Under the pieces are notes generated by a model, which was given only the letters and a program-made list of their open reading frames with translations, did no database searches and was not told where the DNA came from. Positions 51,085 to 60,577 of a stretch of DNA of 64,000 nucleotides are shown here, piece by piece. The first letter of the stretch is position 1; each line of letters opens with the position of its first letter. The DNA comes from an uncultured Planctomycetaceae bacterium (GTDB taxonomy: Bacteria > Planctomycetota > Planctomycetia > Pirellulales > Thermoguttaceae). The stretch is from positions 54,716-118,715 of the forward strand of contig CAVXFB010000002.1 in NCBI GenBank assembly GCA_963760935.1, given 5' to 3'. A program made the translations under genes and the position numbers.

Positions 51085-53454
51085 ATGTCGGAACGGCCGC
51101 CGGAACAATTGGTTGCGTTGCTCGATCGCCTCGGCTTGGCCGCGGCAGCCGATATGGCGCGCGTAGGGCGGCGGGTGAGGCGGCTGGCTCGCGATTTGCC
51201 GCGGTTCGAGTCAATCTGGGTGGATGCCCTATTGCAGGCCCGGTCGGTTACGCCGTTTCAGGCCGCAGAAATCAACGCCGGGCGCGGTGAATCGCTGCGT
51301 CTGGGGCCATTTCTGCTTTGTGAACGCCTGCCACAGCCCTATTACGTCGCGTGCTATAGGGCACGAAACGTGGACTCGCAGCAGATGGTGCGGCTGGCTG
51401 TGGCCGACAACGTTGGCCCTCAGGCCGAAGCAATTTTGTGCCAGCTTGAATCACTCGTAAGACGCGTGAAGCGCACCGCGGGCGAAGCTGACGGGCAGGG
51501 AACGGTGCAGGTTCCCTGTCATGCCGGCACGGATGGCAAACGAATCTATGCTGCCGAAACATGGACCGAAGGACGCACCGCGGCCGAGTGGATGGTTCAC
51601 CATGGACGATTTTCGCCAGTGGTCGTGCTGGAGATCGCCAGGGCGATGCTGGTCCGGCTAATCGAGTTGGAGCAACAGGGAATTTGCCACGGCGACGTGA
51701 GCACAGCGAGCCTCGTCTTGAGGGATGACGGCGGCGTCGCGCTTTCGCTGGCGGGGCTGCGAGGGATTTTGCGGCCGGAAGAGGGCTACGCCCACGCCGA
51801 TCTGCTGCCGGAGGCGTATGACAGCATGGCCCCCGAACGCATATCGGCCGGCACGCCGCCTGACGTGCGTAGCGACATCTACGCTTGCGGCTGCGTCTGG
51901 TGGCATTTGCTATGCGGGCGTCCGCCGCTGGTCGGTGGCAATAGTCTGGCGAAACTTCGCGCGGCCCAGGCGGCGGAGATTTGCGATGTGCGACGATATG
52001 CGCCGAACGTCCCGGCCCCACTGGCAGCGGCCATTTCGTCATGCCTGCAGCGAGAACCCGGCCGGCGGCCGGAGTCATTGGCGCAGCTTGCCGCCCTGCT
52101 CGGGCCTCCAACGCGAGGCGGAAAAGAGGCTTTAGCCGACTGTCTTGCCCGGGCCGGGCGTCCGACGATTCATTGGACGACGACAGTTCGCTCGATCCGT
52201 CGATCGAATCGCACACCACTGTGGATGGCCGGCACGGTCTGTTGCCTGGCCGCGATGGTGGCGCTCTTTTGGCCGATGTGGCAGCGGCAGGGCGAAAGCG
52301 TTCAGGCGCCGGTGCCGCAGGTTATAGCCGATGCAAAAACAGGGCATGCTCTGCCACCGGCACGGCCTGGTGCCCCAGCGCTCACACAGGATTCACGTCC
52401 GCATGGCGGACCATACGATCTGGCGGAAGACGACGGTGCTGTTGTTCCTGTTGCGTATCGGCAAGCTGCCAAGCTGGACGACCTTGTACTGGACGATGAT
52501 CGGCCGACCGTTGCAACGACGCTGACGGTGCAAGCCGATCAGTGCATTCGCGGACCCGCGGGCAGGCGTGCGACTGTCCTTGTTCCCCGCAGCGGCTGGA
52601 CGATCGATAAGGAGAACGTTCGTTTCGAGAACTTGGACTTCGTGTGGCATTCGGCCGAAGGTGCAAATGATTTGAATACCGCATTGCCGGCAATTGTGCA
52701 ACTCTTTGCAGGCCGCGCCGATTTTCGCGGCTGCTCGTTTGAGTGCGATCAGACAGGAACCACTGCGCCTTCCGCCATTCGCTGGACGCACCCGGCGCGG
52801 AAAGATCGGACGGAAACGTCGCTTCCCAACGGTCGGTTGCAGCTTGTCGATTGCGTGATGCGGCACGTGGCTGTCGGAATAGATTGCTGTACGGTTGGGG
52901 CCCTGTCACTCAACTTTAGAAACGTGTTGGTTGTCGAGGCCGGGCCAGTGGTGAGGCTCGATCATTGCCCGCGGGCCGACGAGCCGGTAGCCGTTGTGCT
53001 GGCCCAAGTTACGCTGCGCGACGGTGGACCGCTGTTGGAATGTCGCATGTCACGCCCCGAACTGGAGCCGGGCGCAATCACGATCCACTCAGCGGCTTGC
53101 GCATTTGTTCCCGCATCGGACACACCACTGGTTCGCATTGTCAGTGCTGAGATGCCCGGTCGGGTACCTGCGGCCATTCGATGGACAGGACAAGGAACGC
53201 TCGTCGCTCCGCAAACGGCGATTCTTGTATGGCACGGTTTGGCCGGCGACAAAAACGTTGTCGACGAAGCCTCGCTTGCTATCGCCGGCTTCGTGCGCAG
53301 CCAGGTGCAATTTGCGGGAGCAGCATCGGGTGACCCGGCAGCCAATCGGCTTACGCGCTGGCAAGCCCCGATACAGTCGGCCGACGCCCCGGGGATTGAT
53401 CCGCAAGCGCTGCCAGCGTTGTCCAGTGCGGGAACGCGGCCCGGGCGCCGGTAG
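51085..53454 (+). CDS. Ser/Thr protein-kinase-like protein with degenerate catalytic motifs and a large C-terminal domain
   Basis: 789 aa. Kinase-fold landmarks ICHGDVSTASLVL (in place of HRDLKPxN), SLAGLRG (in place of DFG), MAPERI (APE), SDIYACGCVWWHLLCGRPP. One TM (~aa 385-405), then ~380 aa with beta-helix-like repeats. Confidence 0.75.
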   Translation: MSERPPEQLVALLDRLGLAAAADMARVGRRVRRLARDLPRFESIWVDALLQARSVTPFQAAEINAGRGESLRLGPFLLCERLPQPYYVACYRARNVDSQQMVRLAVADNVGPQAEAILCQLESLVRRVKRTAGEADGQGTVQVPCHAGTDGKRIYAAETWTEGRTAAEWMVHHGRFSPVVVLEIARAMLVRLIELEQQGICHGDVSTASLVLRDDGGVALSLAGLRGILRPEEGYAHADLLPEAYDSMAPERISAGTPPDVRSDIYACGCVWWHLLCGRPPLVGGNSLAKLRAAQAAEICDVRRYAPNVPAPLAAAISSCLQREPGRRPESLAQLAALLGPPTRGGKEALADCLARAGRPTIHWTTTVRSIRRSNRTPLWMAGTVCCLAAMVALFWPMWQRQGESVQAPVPQVIADAKTGHALPPARPGAPALTQDSRPHGGPYDLAEDDGAVVPVAYRQAAKLDDLVLDDDRPTVATTLTVQADQCIRGPAGRRATVLVPRSGWTIDKENVRFENLDFVWHSAEGANDLNTALPAIVQLFAGRADFRGCSFECDQTGTTAPSAIRWTHPARKDRTETSLPNGRLQLVDCVMRHVAVGIDCCTVGALSLNFRNVLVVEAGPVVRLDHCPRADEPVAVVLAQVTLRDGGPLLECRMSRPELEPGAITIHSAACAFVPASDTPLVRIVSAEMPGRVPAAIRWTGQGTLVAPQTAILVWHGLAGDKNVVDEASLAIAGFVRSQVQFAGAASGDPAANRLTRWQAPIQSADAPGIDPQALPALSSAGTRPGRR

Positions 53455-53501
53455 TCAGGACGATCGCAGACACAGCCGGGATCGGCAACTGATGGCACCT
53501 C

Positions 53502-54017
53502 TTACAAGCGAGACATCTGGTAATAGAGTAGGCCGACGAGCGTCTTGGCATCGCGGATAGCGCCGCGGTGGACCATTTCGAGGGCCTCTTTCCAGGTGCA
53601 GTGCAGCGGCTGAATGTCCTCGCCAGCCTCAAGTGCGGTGGGACCGGGCTGCAATGACTGGGCCACGTAAAGGTGCATTCGTTCATCGAGAATGCCGGGC
53701 GACATGCAGAACGTGAGCAGGTGTTCGATTCGCCCGGCGCGATAACCGGTTTCCTCAGCTAACTCGCGGACGGCCGTCTCGGCGGGCTCTTCATTGGGCT
53801 CCAGCGTGCCGGCGGGTAGCTCAATTAGCGTCTGTGCCACGGCAACGCGATAGTTCTGCACAAAACAGATGCGTCCGTCATCGAGCAGCGGCAAAATCAC
53901 GACCGCTCCGGGATGTCGCACGATCTCGCGCACATGGCGGCTGCCATCAGGCATTGACTGCACGACGCGTTCGATACGGAACCGCTGTGATTGATAAAGG
54001 ATGTCGGGATCGCTCAT
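53502..54017 (-). CDS. NUDIX hydrolase (ADP-ribose pyrophosphatase-like)
   Basis: 171 aa. Nudix box LPAGTLEPNEEPAETAVRELAEETGY. Confidence 0.88.
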   Translation of the reverse strand: MSDPDILYQSQRFRIERVVQSMPDGSRHVREIVRHPGAVVILPLLDDGRICFVQNYRVAVAQTLIELPAGTLEPNEEPAETAVRELAEETGYRAGRIEHLLTFCMSPGILDERMHLYVAQSLQPGPTALEAGEDIQPLHCTWKEALEMVHRGAIRDAKTLVGLLYYQMSRL

Positions 54018-54277
54018 GGGAAATACGCTGTATTCGTTAATGTGATCGGTGGCTATTGCAAGCTGTGGAATTGATCAGCCCTTGTAGGCACAGATGCCAC
54101 GGTTTCGGTTTGGCTAACACGGCAGAGGTCAGTTTACAGCAGATGGTTCATTTCGCAACGCATTGAATCGTTCGCAGCGATCAAAGGCAGCATCATCCGC
54201 ACAGTCGTCATAACCGGCGATCTACAACGTTCGGGGCCCCCCACCTGGTTTGCCCAGGTGCGCGTTGTAAGGTATGG

Positions 54278-56056
54278 TTGTCGACAGAGCCCGCTACTTT
54301 CGCGATGTGGTCGACCACATCGTCATTCGATCAACGTGAGCGCCACATGCTAGCCTCCGAAGACCTGCTGGTTGTAAACGTCGACGCTGCGGTGGCACCT
54401 GCGCCAGCGCCACCCAATATTGGGTTGATGTCGTCGCTGGAGCGAGCGTTTGGAGTGCAATTCAGCATCCTGGACGGTCAAACCGGCGACGTGATTTGCA
54501 CGACGCCAAACCAGCCAAACTGCGATTGGGAAGCACGCGCAGAGCTGTGCCGTGAAGTGGCGCGACGTGGTCGTCCCGAGTTCATTGATGATGACGATCC
54601 GTGGTTGACGCTGGCCATTCCGCTGGTCGATGCGGCTGGAATGTCGCTGGTAGCGGTTGCGAGCTTCCTCACACGTCCTATCTCGGACGTGACAGACGTT
54701 GCCCAGGCCGCGGAGATGCTCGGCATTCGGCCGCATGATGCGATGGACTGGGCACAGGCTCAGGCACCCTGGACGGCCGAAGGATTGAAGCGGCTGGCCG
54801 ATCTGTTCCTCGATGATCTCGAGGCCAACTCGCGAGCCGCCGTCATACAGAGAGAAGCCGATTCGCTGTCGATCCATCTTGCGTCGACGTATGAAGAGAT
54901 CAGCCTTCTATATCGGCTGACGCAGAACTTACGACTGTCGAAGAGCGACGAGGATTTGGCTCGCGTAGCGCTGGAATGGCTACAAGAGGTTGTTCCGGCG
55001 TCTGGCTTGGTGATTCAGCTTGTGCCGGTGCCCGGCGCCGACAAATCGCTGACGCGCGCCGCGCGGACGCGGACGATCCTGCTTTGTCACGGCGACTGCC
55101 CGATCGAAAACGACCAATTTTCCGACCTAATCGCGCATCTGGGCGTACACCCACAACGCCAGCCGATCGTTGTCAACCGGCCGATCACACAGAAGATCGA
55201 CTGGCCTTGCCCACAGATTCGGCAGATGATTGCCGTGGCGCTGGCCGAAGGCGATAACGTATTCGGCTACATGGCAGCGCTGAATCATGTCGAAGGGGGT
55301 GAGTTCGGCACGGTCGAAGCGAGTTTGCTTAGCTCGGTGGCCGCGATCCTGGGAATTCACGGCGGCAATATCGAACTGTACCGCCAGCAGTCGGAGCTCT
55401 TGGCCGGAATCGTCCGCGCTCTGACCTCGGCCATCGACGCCAAGGACCCGTATACCTGCGGCCATAGCGACCGCGTGGCGCGGGTTGCCGTGCGTCTGGC
55501 CGAAGAACTGGGCTGCGATGCCAAGATGCTCAACATGCTGTATTTGGCCGGCCAGCTTCATGATATCGGGAAGATTGGCGTCAACGACAGCGTGCTGCGC
55601 AAGGAAGGCAAGCTCTCGGCCGAGGAGTATGAGCACATCAAACAACATGTCAGCATTGGCTATCGTATTCTCAACGATCTGGCAAAATTGGAGGATGTTT
55701 TGCCCGTCGTATTGCACCACCACGAATCTTGGGACGGTGCCGGCTATCCCCAGCATCTAGCGTCGCAAACCATCCCATTCCCAGCCCGCATCATGGCGGT
55801 CGCCGATGCTTTTGACGCCATGAGCAGCGATCGACCATATCGCAAGGGGATGCCGGACGAACGCGTCGACCAGATCCTGCGTGACGGAGCGGGCCAACAG
55901 TGGGACCCCGATGTCGTGGCCGCATTCTTCCGCGTCCGCGAGGACATCCGACAGATCTGCCACGCTGAGCAGTCGCCTGTGCAAATTCAGTTTAGCGCAC
56001 TGCCGTACCCCGCCGGAAATCAGCCTGCGGATACGGATGCGTGCGCAGTGACATAG
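54278..56056 (+). CDS. HD-GYP domain phosphodiesterase with an N-terminal sensory (GAF-like) region
   Basis: ORF from TTG 54278; ATG alternatives at 54305 and 54347. HD-GYP core GHSDRVARVA...LAGQLHDIGKIGV...HHHESWDGAGYP...IMAVADAFDAMSSDRPYRKGM. Confidence 0.85.
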   Translation: MSTEPATFAMWSTTSSFDQRERHMLASEDLLVVNVDAAVAPAPAPPNIGLMSSLERAFGVQFSILDGQTGDVICTTPNQPNCDWEARAELCREVARRGRPEFIDDDDPWLTLAIPLVDAAGMSLVAVASFLTRPISDVTDVAQAAEMLGIRPHDAMDWAQAQAPWTAEGLKRLADLFLDDLEANSRAAVIQREADSLSIHLASTYEEISLLYRLTQNLRLSKSDEDLARVALEWLQEVVPASGLVIQLVPVPGADKSLTRAARTRTILLCHGDCPIENDQFSDLIAHLGVHPQRQPIVVNRPITQKIDWPCPQIRQMIAVALAEGDNVFGYMAALNHVEGGEFGTVEASLLSSVAAILGIHGGNIELYRQQSELLAGIVRALTSAIDAKDPYTCGHSDRVARVAVRLAEELGCDAKMLNMLYLAGQLHDIGKIGVNDSVLRKEGKLSAEEYEHIKQHVSIGYRILNDLAKLEDVLPVVLHHHESWDGAGYPQHLASQTIPFPARIMAVADAFDAMSSDRPYRKGMPDERVDQILRDGAGQQWDPDVVAAFFRVREDIRQICHAEQSPVQIQFSALPYPAGNQPADTDACAVT

Positions 56057-56095
56057 ACGCTTGAGCCCAACGCGTCGGTTTGCCACTCAACTTGT

Positions 56096-57025
56096 TCACG
56101 CCGTTTCGGGCATGAATGTAGGCAGGTTCACTCCGCGGGACGAACGACTTGGGCCGCGGACCGAGCTGAGGTGCATTTCGCAATTCCGGGCACCCCACGC
56201 GTACGCCTGCTGAACCAGCTTCGTGCAATCAACCGGCAGCAGGAACATTGGTCGGCGACCGCGGTGTCGGTTCAGTTCCGCCAGCATCAGCGCCGCGGCT
56301 TGATCTTCGGTGCGTGCCACGCCCGGGCCAATCATATTGCAGCCGCAGTGGCCACACGAGGCCATAAAGCCGTCCAAAGCGCCAGCACGGCTTTCGCATA
56401 CCGAGAGATGCCAATAGCCCTCACGATTGTCGATAATATGGCGAAAGTCGGGGCCTCGGCAGATTCCGGAAAGCTCCATCTCAAGCGACTCGATGGCGTC
56501 GATATCGTCCGTGGTGCCCTCGCGAACGCCGACTGTCGCCGCCACCCCGTCGTTGAATCCCGATTCCGGCACCATGACATACATGTCTTGATACATTCGG
56601 TGAGGGACCAAGCCAGCCCGAGTGTACAGCGAAAACGAGTCGACATTCATCGCGCTGGAGACGACCCGAAGCGGTTTCTTCTGTTCGTCAGCAAAATCGA
56701 TAATGTACTGCAATAGGGCCCGGGCAGCACCATAGCCCGAATAGTTGGGGTGCACGTTCATGATTCCCAGCGCGACGTGCGTTTCACGAGGATGAAAGAA
56801 GCAGGAGCCCATTAGCCGGCCGGTTGTTGCGTGCTCGGCTACGATGCCGCAGCCCGGATCAAGAGTGTCGTAGACCTCGAAATACACGTCGGCGGCGGCC
56901 GGACCGCCTTGAAATCGGTCGGGTCTGCCCAACAGCCGAAAATGCTGGTTCATGGAAATACAAATTAAGTCGGCCACCTCCCAGCGATCGGCCGCAGTCA
57001 TCGTTCGCAGGCAGAGTTGTCCCAT
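56096..57025 (-). CDS. GNAT family N-acetyltransferase (two-domain, ~309 aa), tandem paralog 1
   Basis: Start at the ATG at 57025 (MGQLCLRTMTAADRWEVADL). Acetyl-CoA motif region HPNYSGYGAARALLQYIIDFADE. Collinear with the neighbouring paralog along its full length. Confidence 0.75.
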   Translation of the reverse strand: MGQLCLRTMTAADRWEVADLICISMNQHFRLLGRPDRFQGGPAAADVYFEVYDTLDPGCGIVAEHATTGRLMGSCFFHPRETHVALGIMNVHPNYSGYGAARALLQYIIDFADEQKKPLRVVSSAMNVDSFSLYTRAGLVPHRMYQDMYVMVPESGFNDGVAATVGVREGTTDDIDAIESLEMELSGICRGPDFRHIIDNREGYWHLSVCESRAGALDGFMASCGHCGCNMIGPGVARTEDQAAALMLAELNRHRGRRPMFLLPVDCTKLVQQAYAWGARNCEMHLSSVRGPSRSSRGVNLPTFMPETA

Positions 57026-57057
57026 GAGCGAGTGTCTCCAACTGCCGCGCGAGCCAA

Positions 57058-57984
57058 CTAGGCGCTTTCGGGCAGAAACGTAGGGAACTCCAGACACTGG
57101 GCTGTCGACGACGCGCCCCGAACCTGGCTAAAGTGGAGCTCACAATTCCGCGCGCCCCAACCATACGCCTGACGTACAAGTTCGGGACAATCGACGGGCA
57201 CCAGGAACACGGGCCGGCGGCCACGGTGATGATCGAGTTCGGCCAACAAGAGGGCCGCCCCTTGGTCTGGCGTGCGAGCCAGTCCGGGGCCGACAATGTT
57301 GCAGTAAGGGTGGGCACAAGAGGCCATGAATCCCTGGACCGTCCCGCCCTGGCCTTCATAAATAGAGAGTCGCCAAGAACCAGCGGCACTTTCGAGGAAG
57401 TAGCGGAAATCGGCCGGGCGGCCGATCCCCAAGAGTTCCATCTCCAGAGTGACAATCGCTTCGACATCTTCGCGGGTAGCGTCGCGAACGGCCGGGTCGG
57501 GCGCACCGCAGTCTAAGCCGGATTCGGGCACCGCCAGGAACATGTCCTGGAACGCGCGTCGCGGCACGAAGCCGGAGCGGTTGTAGAGAGAAAACGAATC
57601 GAGGTTCATCGCGCTGGAAACAAGCCGCACCGGCTTGTTGGTGCGATCGGCGAAGTCCGTGATGTGCCGCAAGAGGGCGCGTGCAACGCCATGCCCAAAA
57701 TAGTTGGGATGAACGTTCATGGTCCCCAGCGCGACATGCGTTTCGCGCGGATGAACGAAGCATGAGCCCATTAGGCGGCCGGTCTGCCGATTTTCAGCCA
57801 CAAGACCGCATCCAGGGTCGAGCGCTTGATAGACGTCGAATAAGACTTCCGTGGCCGCCGGCCCAGCAGGGAAAATGTCGGACCCGCCATGGGTTCGATA
57901 CCAATGGTTGGTAGAGACGCAGATCAGGTCGGCCACCTCGGAGCGGTCGTCGGCCAACATGGCACGAAGATGAAACTGATCCAT
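57058..57984 (-). CDS. GNAT family N-acetyltransferase, tandem paralog 2
   Basis: ATG at 57984 after an AAGGAG SD (MDQFHLRAMLADDRSEVADL). HPNYFGHGVARALLRHITDFADR. The C-terminus ...EFPTFLPESA parallels ...NLPTFMPETA of paralog 1. Confidence 0.75.
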   Translation of the reverse strand: MDQFHLRAMLADDRSEVADLICVSTNHWYRTHGGSDIFPAGPAATEVLFDVYQALDPGCGLVAENRQTGRLMGSCFVHPRETHVALGTMNVHPNYFGHGVARALLRHITDFADRTNKPVRLVSSAMNLDSFSLYNRSGFVPRRAFQDMFLAVPESGLDCGAPDPAVRDATREDVEAIVTLEMELLGIGRPADFRYFLESAAGSWRLSIYEGQGGTVQGFMASCAHPYCNIVGPGLARTPDQGAALLLAELDHHRGRRPVFLVPVDCPELVRQAYGWGARNCELHFSQVRGASSTAQCLEFPTFLPESA

Positions 57985-58182
57985 GGCGGATCTCCTTCCG
58001 CCAGAGTTTACCAGCTTTCCGCAACGCACTGCAACACGTTCGGCAGCCCGTGGGTGCCGCGACTGGCAACATTGGGCAAACTGCCGCTGCATTGACAAGT
58101 CGGGCGCGATTGCCTATAAAACCCCCGTTCGGGACCGATGTTTGGAAGTGATGAACAAACGGCCATGCGCCAGAGGGAAACA

Positions 58183-59448
58183 ATGACTGCTACTAGATCG
58201 CCATTGCGGTACGGGATTGTGGGTGGGGGGTTTATTGCGGGCTTCCAATTGGAGGCTTTGCGCCAGATGTCCGGTGTGGACATCGTCGGCTTTGTTTCCC
58301 GCGACCCCGTCGGTCATCTGGCGGACTACGTCCAGAAGCATGGCATGGGGGCGGGGCGGGTGTTCTCCAACATTAAGGAGATGGCGCCCCATTGCGACGT
58401 GCTGGCCATGTTCGTGCCGAACTTCGTCCGAGGCGAAGTGGTCGAAGAAATCGTTGACGCCGTGCGGGGCGGGGCGGAATTGGAGGCCGTCGTCGCCGAG
58501 AAACCACTAGCCCGCAATGTGGCGGAAGGTCGCCGTCTGATACGGCTGGTCGAGGAAGTCAACCTGCCCCACGTGTACTTCGAAAACCAAGTCCACATGA
58601 AGGCGATCCAAGCCGCACGCCGCCAACTTGGACCGGTGATCGCCGCCATGGGACCCTTGACCCTCGTTCGTTCCAACGAGGAACACGCCGGACCGCACAA
58701 GGGCTGGTTCTGGGATCCGACGCGGCAAGGCGGAGGAGTCATGAGCGACATGGGCTGCCATTGCGTGGCCGTCGGTTGGCACATGCTCACCCCGCCCGGC
58801 AAGCCGGTGCAGTTCCTGAAGCCGCAGTCGGTCAACGCCGACCTGTCGTTGCTGAAGTGGGGACAGCCGCGATGGCGGAAGGAGTTGAAGGCAAAGTTCG
58901 GCGTTGACTACGAGAAGACGCCTGCCGAAGACTTCGCCACCGGCATGGTCACGTACCGCAATCCCGAGACCAAGCAGTTGGTCCGCTCGCAATTCACCGT
59001 GTCGTGGATGTACGACAAGCTTGGGCTGCGGTTGTTGTGCGACGGGCTTGGCCCGGGATACGCTTTCGAGTTTAATACGCTGCGATCGCCGTTGGAGGTG
59101 TTTGTGGGTGATGGTGCCTTTGCCGAGGTCGCCGACAGCGAAGTTGCGCTGGAAAAGATGCAGGCCAGCCGCGGCCTGCTAACAGTGCAACCCAACGAAA
59201 CCGACCTGTACGGCTACACGGATGAGAATCTCGACCTAGTGACTGCCCTTGCCACGGGAGGGAAGCCCCTGTTGGATTGGCACTACGGCCTGGAGATTAC
59301 CCGGCTGACGATGGCCGCATACATGTCGGCCGAGCGCCGAAAGTGCATCGACTTGACCGACCCGGCCGTGTCTCGGGAGTTGGAGACCTACGTCCCGCTG
59401 ATCCAGCAAGGTCAAGGCGGCAAAGTGCTCGAAATGCCGCTAGGGTAA
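58183..59448 (+). CDS. Gfo/Idh/MocA family oxidoreductase
   Basis: ORF 58138..59448; ATG candidates at 58138, 58165 and 58183. LRYGIVGGGFIAGFQLEAL Rossmann N-terminus, and ...AEKPLARNVAEG (EKP motif). Confidence 0.82.
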   Translation: MTATRSPLRYGIVGGGFIAGFQLEALRQMSGVDIVGFVSRDPVGHLADYVQKHGMGAGRVFSNIKEMAPHCDVLAMFVPNFVRGEVVEEIVDAVRGGAELEAVVAEKPLARNVAEGRRLIRLVEEVNLPHVYFENQVHMKAIQAARRQLGPVIAAMGPLTLVRSNEEHAGPHKGWFWDPTRQGGGVMSDMGCHCVAVGWHMLTPPGKPVQFLKPQSVNADLSLLKWGQPRWRKELKAKFGVDYEKTPAEDFATGMVTYRNPETKQLVRSQFTVSWMYDKLGLRLLCDGLGPGYAFEFNTLRSPLEVFVGDGAFAEVADSEVALEKMQASRGLLTVQPNETDLYGYTDENLDLVTALATGGKPLLDWHYGLEITRLTMAAYMSAERRKCIDLTDPAVSRELETYVPLIQQGQGGKVLEMPLG

Positions 59449-59492
59449 AGACGCGAGTCACACTCCAAATCGGCGGCTTGGAGTCGACGCGC

Positions 59493-59798
59493 CTAGGGGG
59501 TTGGCGGCGGGCAGAGCGATTCAATTCGTGCCGTTAGGATTGCGCGATCCACCTCGCGAACAAGAAAACGCTTGCTGTGCGCCGTCTCGCCGGCAATTAG
59601 CACAATCTGCGACTTCTTCAGCCGGAGCATCTTGCTCAATAGCTCGACAATGGCCTTGTTGGCCTTGCCCTTCTCCGGAGACTGCGTGACGCAGACCTTC
59701 AGCGCGCCATCCTGGATGCCGCGAAGCTCGTTTCGCCGGGCGCCAGGCTGAGCTCGGATGGCCAGGATTGTGCCGTCGGGGTGTGATTCGAGAAGCAT
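59493..59798 (-). CDS. DUF167 (YggU) family protein
   Basis: 101 aa. ...LAIRAQPGARRNELRGIQDGALKVCVTQSPEKGKANKAIVELLSKML.. is the YggU signature. Confidence 0.85.
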   Translation of the reverse strand: MLLESHPDGTILAIRAQPGARRNELRGIQDGALKVCVTQSPEKGKANKAIVELLSKMLRLKKSQIVLIAGETAHSKRFLVREVDRAILTARIESLCPPPTP

Positions 59799-59833
59799 AA
59801 TTCGATCCGCGCAACGTTCTCAGGCAACCTGCT

Positions 59834-60544
59834 TCATTCAATTCCATCGAACAGAGCGGAACCGATGCGTACCAGAGTGGCTCCCTCTTCGACGGCGGCC
59901 TCGAAGTCGCCGCTCATGCCCATCGAAAGTTCGTCAAGCTTCATTCCGGTCGGGCAACGCTGTCGCAACTGATCGCGAAGTTCGCGCAGGGCGGCGAAGT
60001 CTCGCCGCGCAACGGTCGGGCCTCCCTCCAAGGCAGCCATGCACATCAGGCCGCGAAGCTCGACGTGGTCATAGCCCTGCAACTGGGCCAGCATTGGTTC
60101 GATGGCCTCGGGAGCGAAGCCGTGTTTGGCCGTCTCGCCCGACGTGTTGACTTCCAGCAACACTGGCAGGCGCGGCCGTGGGGCGCCAACGCTCAATTCC
60201 TCTTCGATGGCGGCCAATAGTCGGACGCTGTCGACCGAATGGATCATTGCCGTCAGCGGCAGCGTGCGGCGAATCTTGTTCCGCTGCAAATGGCCAATCA
60301 TATGCCAGCGAACGGGCAAATCGGCCAGGGCCGCAGCCTTGTCCCAAAGTTGCTGTGGCCGACTCTCACCCAAGTCAACACACCCGGCAGCAATGAGTGG
60401 TCGCACCAGATCTACCGTGACGTACTTCGTCACGGCCACCATCGTCACCTCGTTGGCCCTGCGGCCGGCCCGTGCCGCCGCGCCCGCGATCCGTCCACGA
60501 ATCTCGGCGACGTTCTCGGCGATTTGTGAGGCGATTTGAACCAT
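59834..60544 (-). CDS. yggS: YggS-family pyridoxal-phosphate homeostasis protein
   Basis: Start at the ATG at 60544 ([12 protein letters not shown]...). [10 protein letters not shown] (PLP lysine), [38 protein letters not shown]-like C-terminus. Confidence 0.88.
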   Translation of the reverse strand: [236 protein letters not shown]

Positions 60545-60577
60545 GTGATACGCGGGCTTGTGCGCCACAAACGAAAC

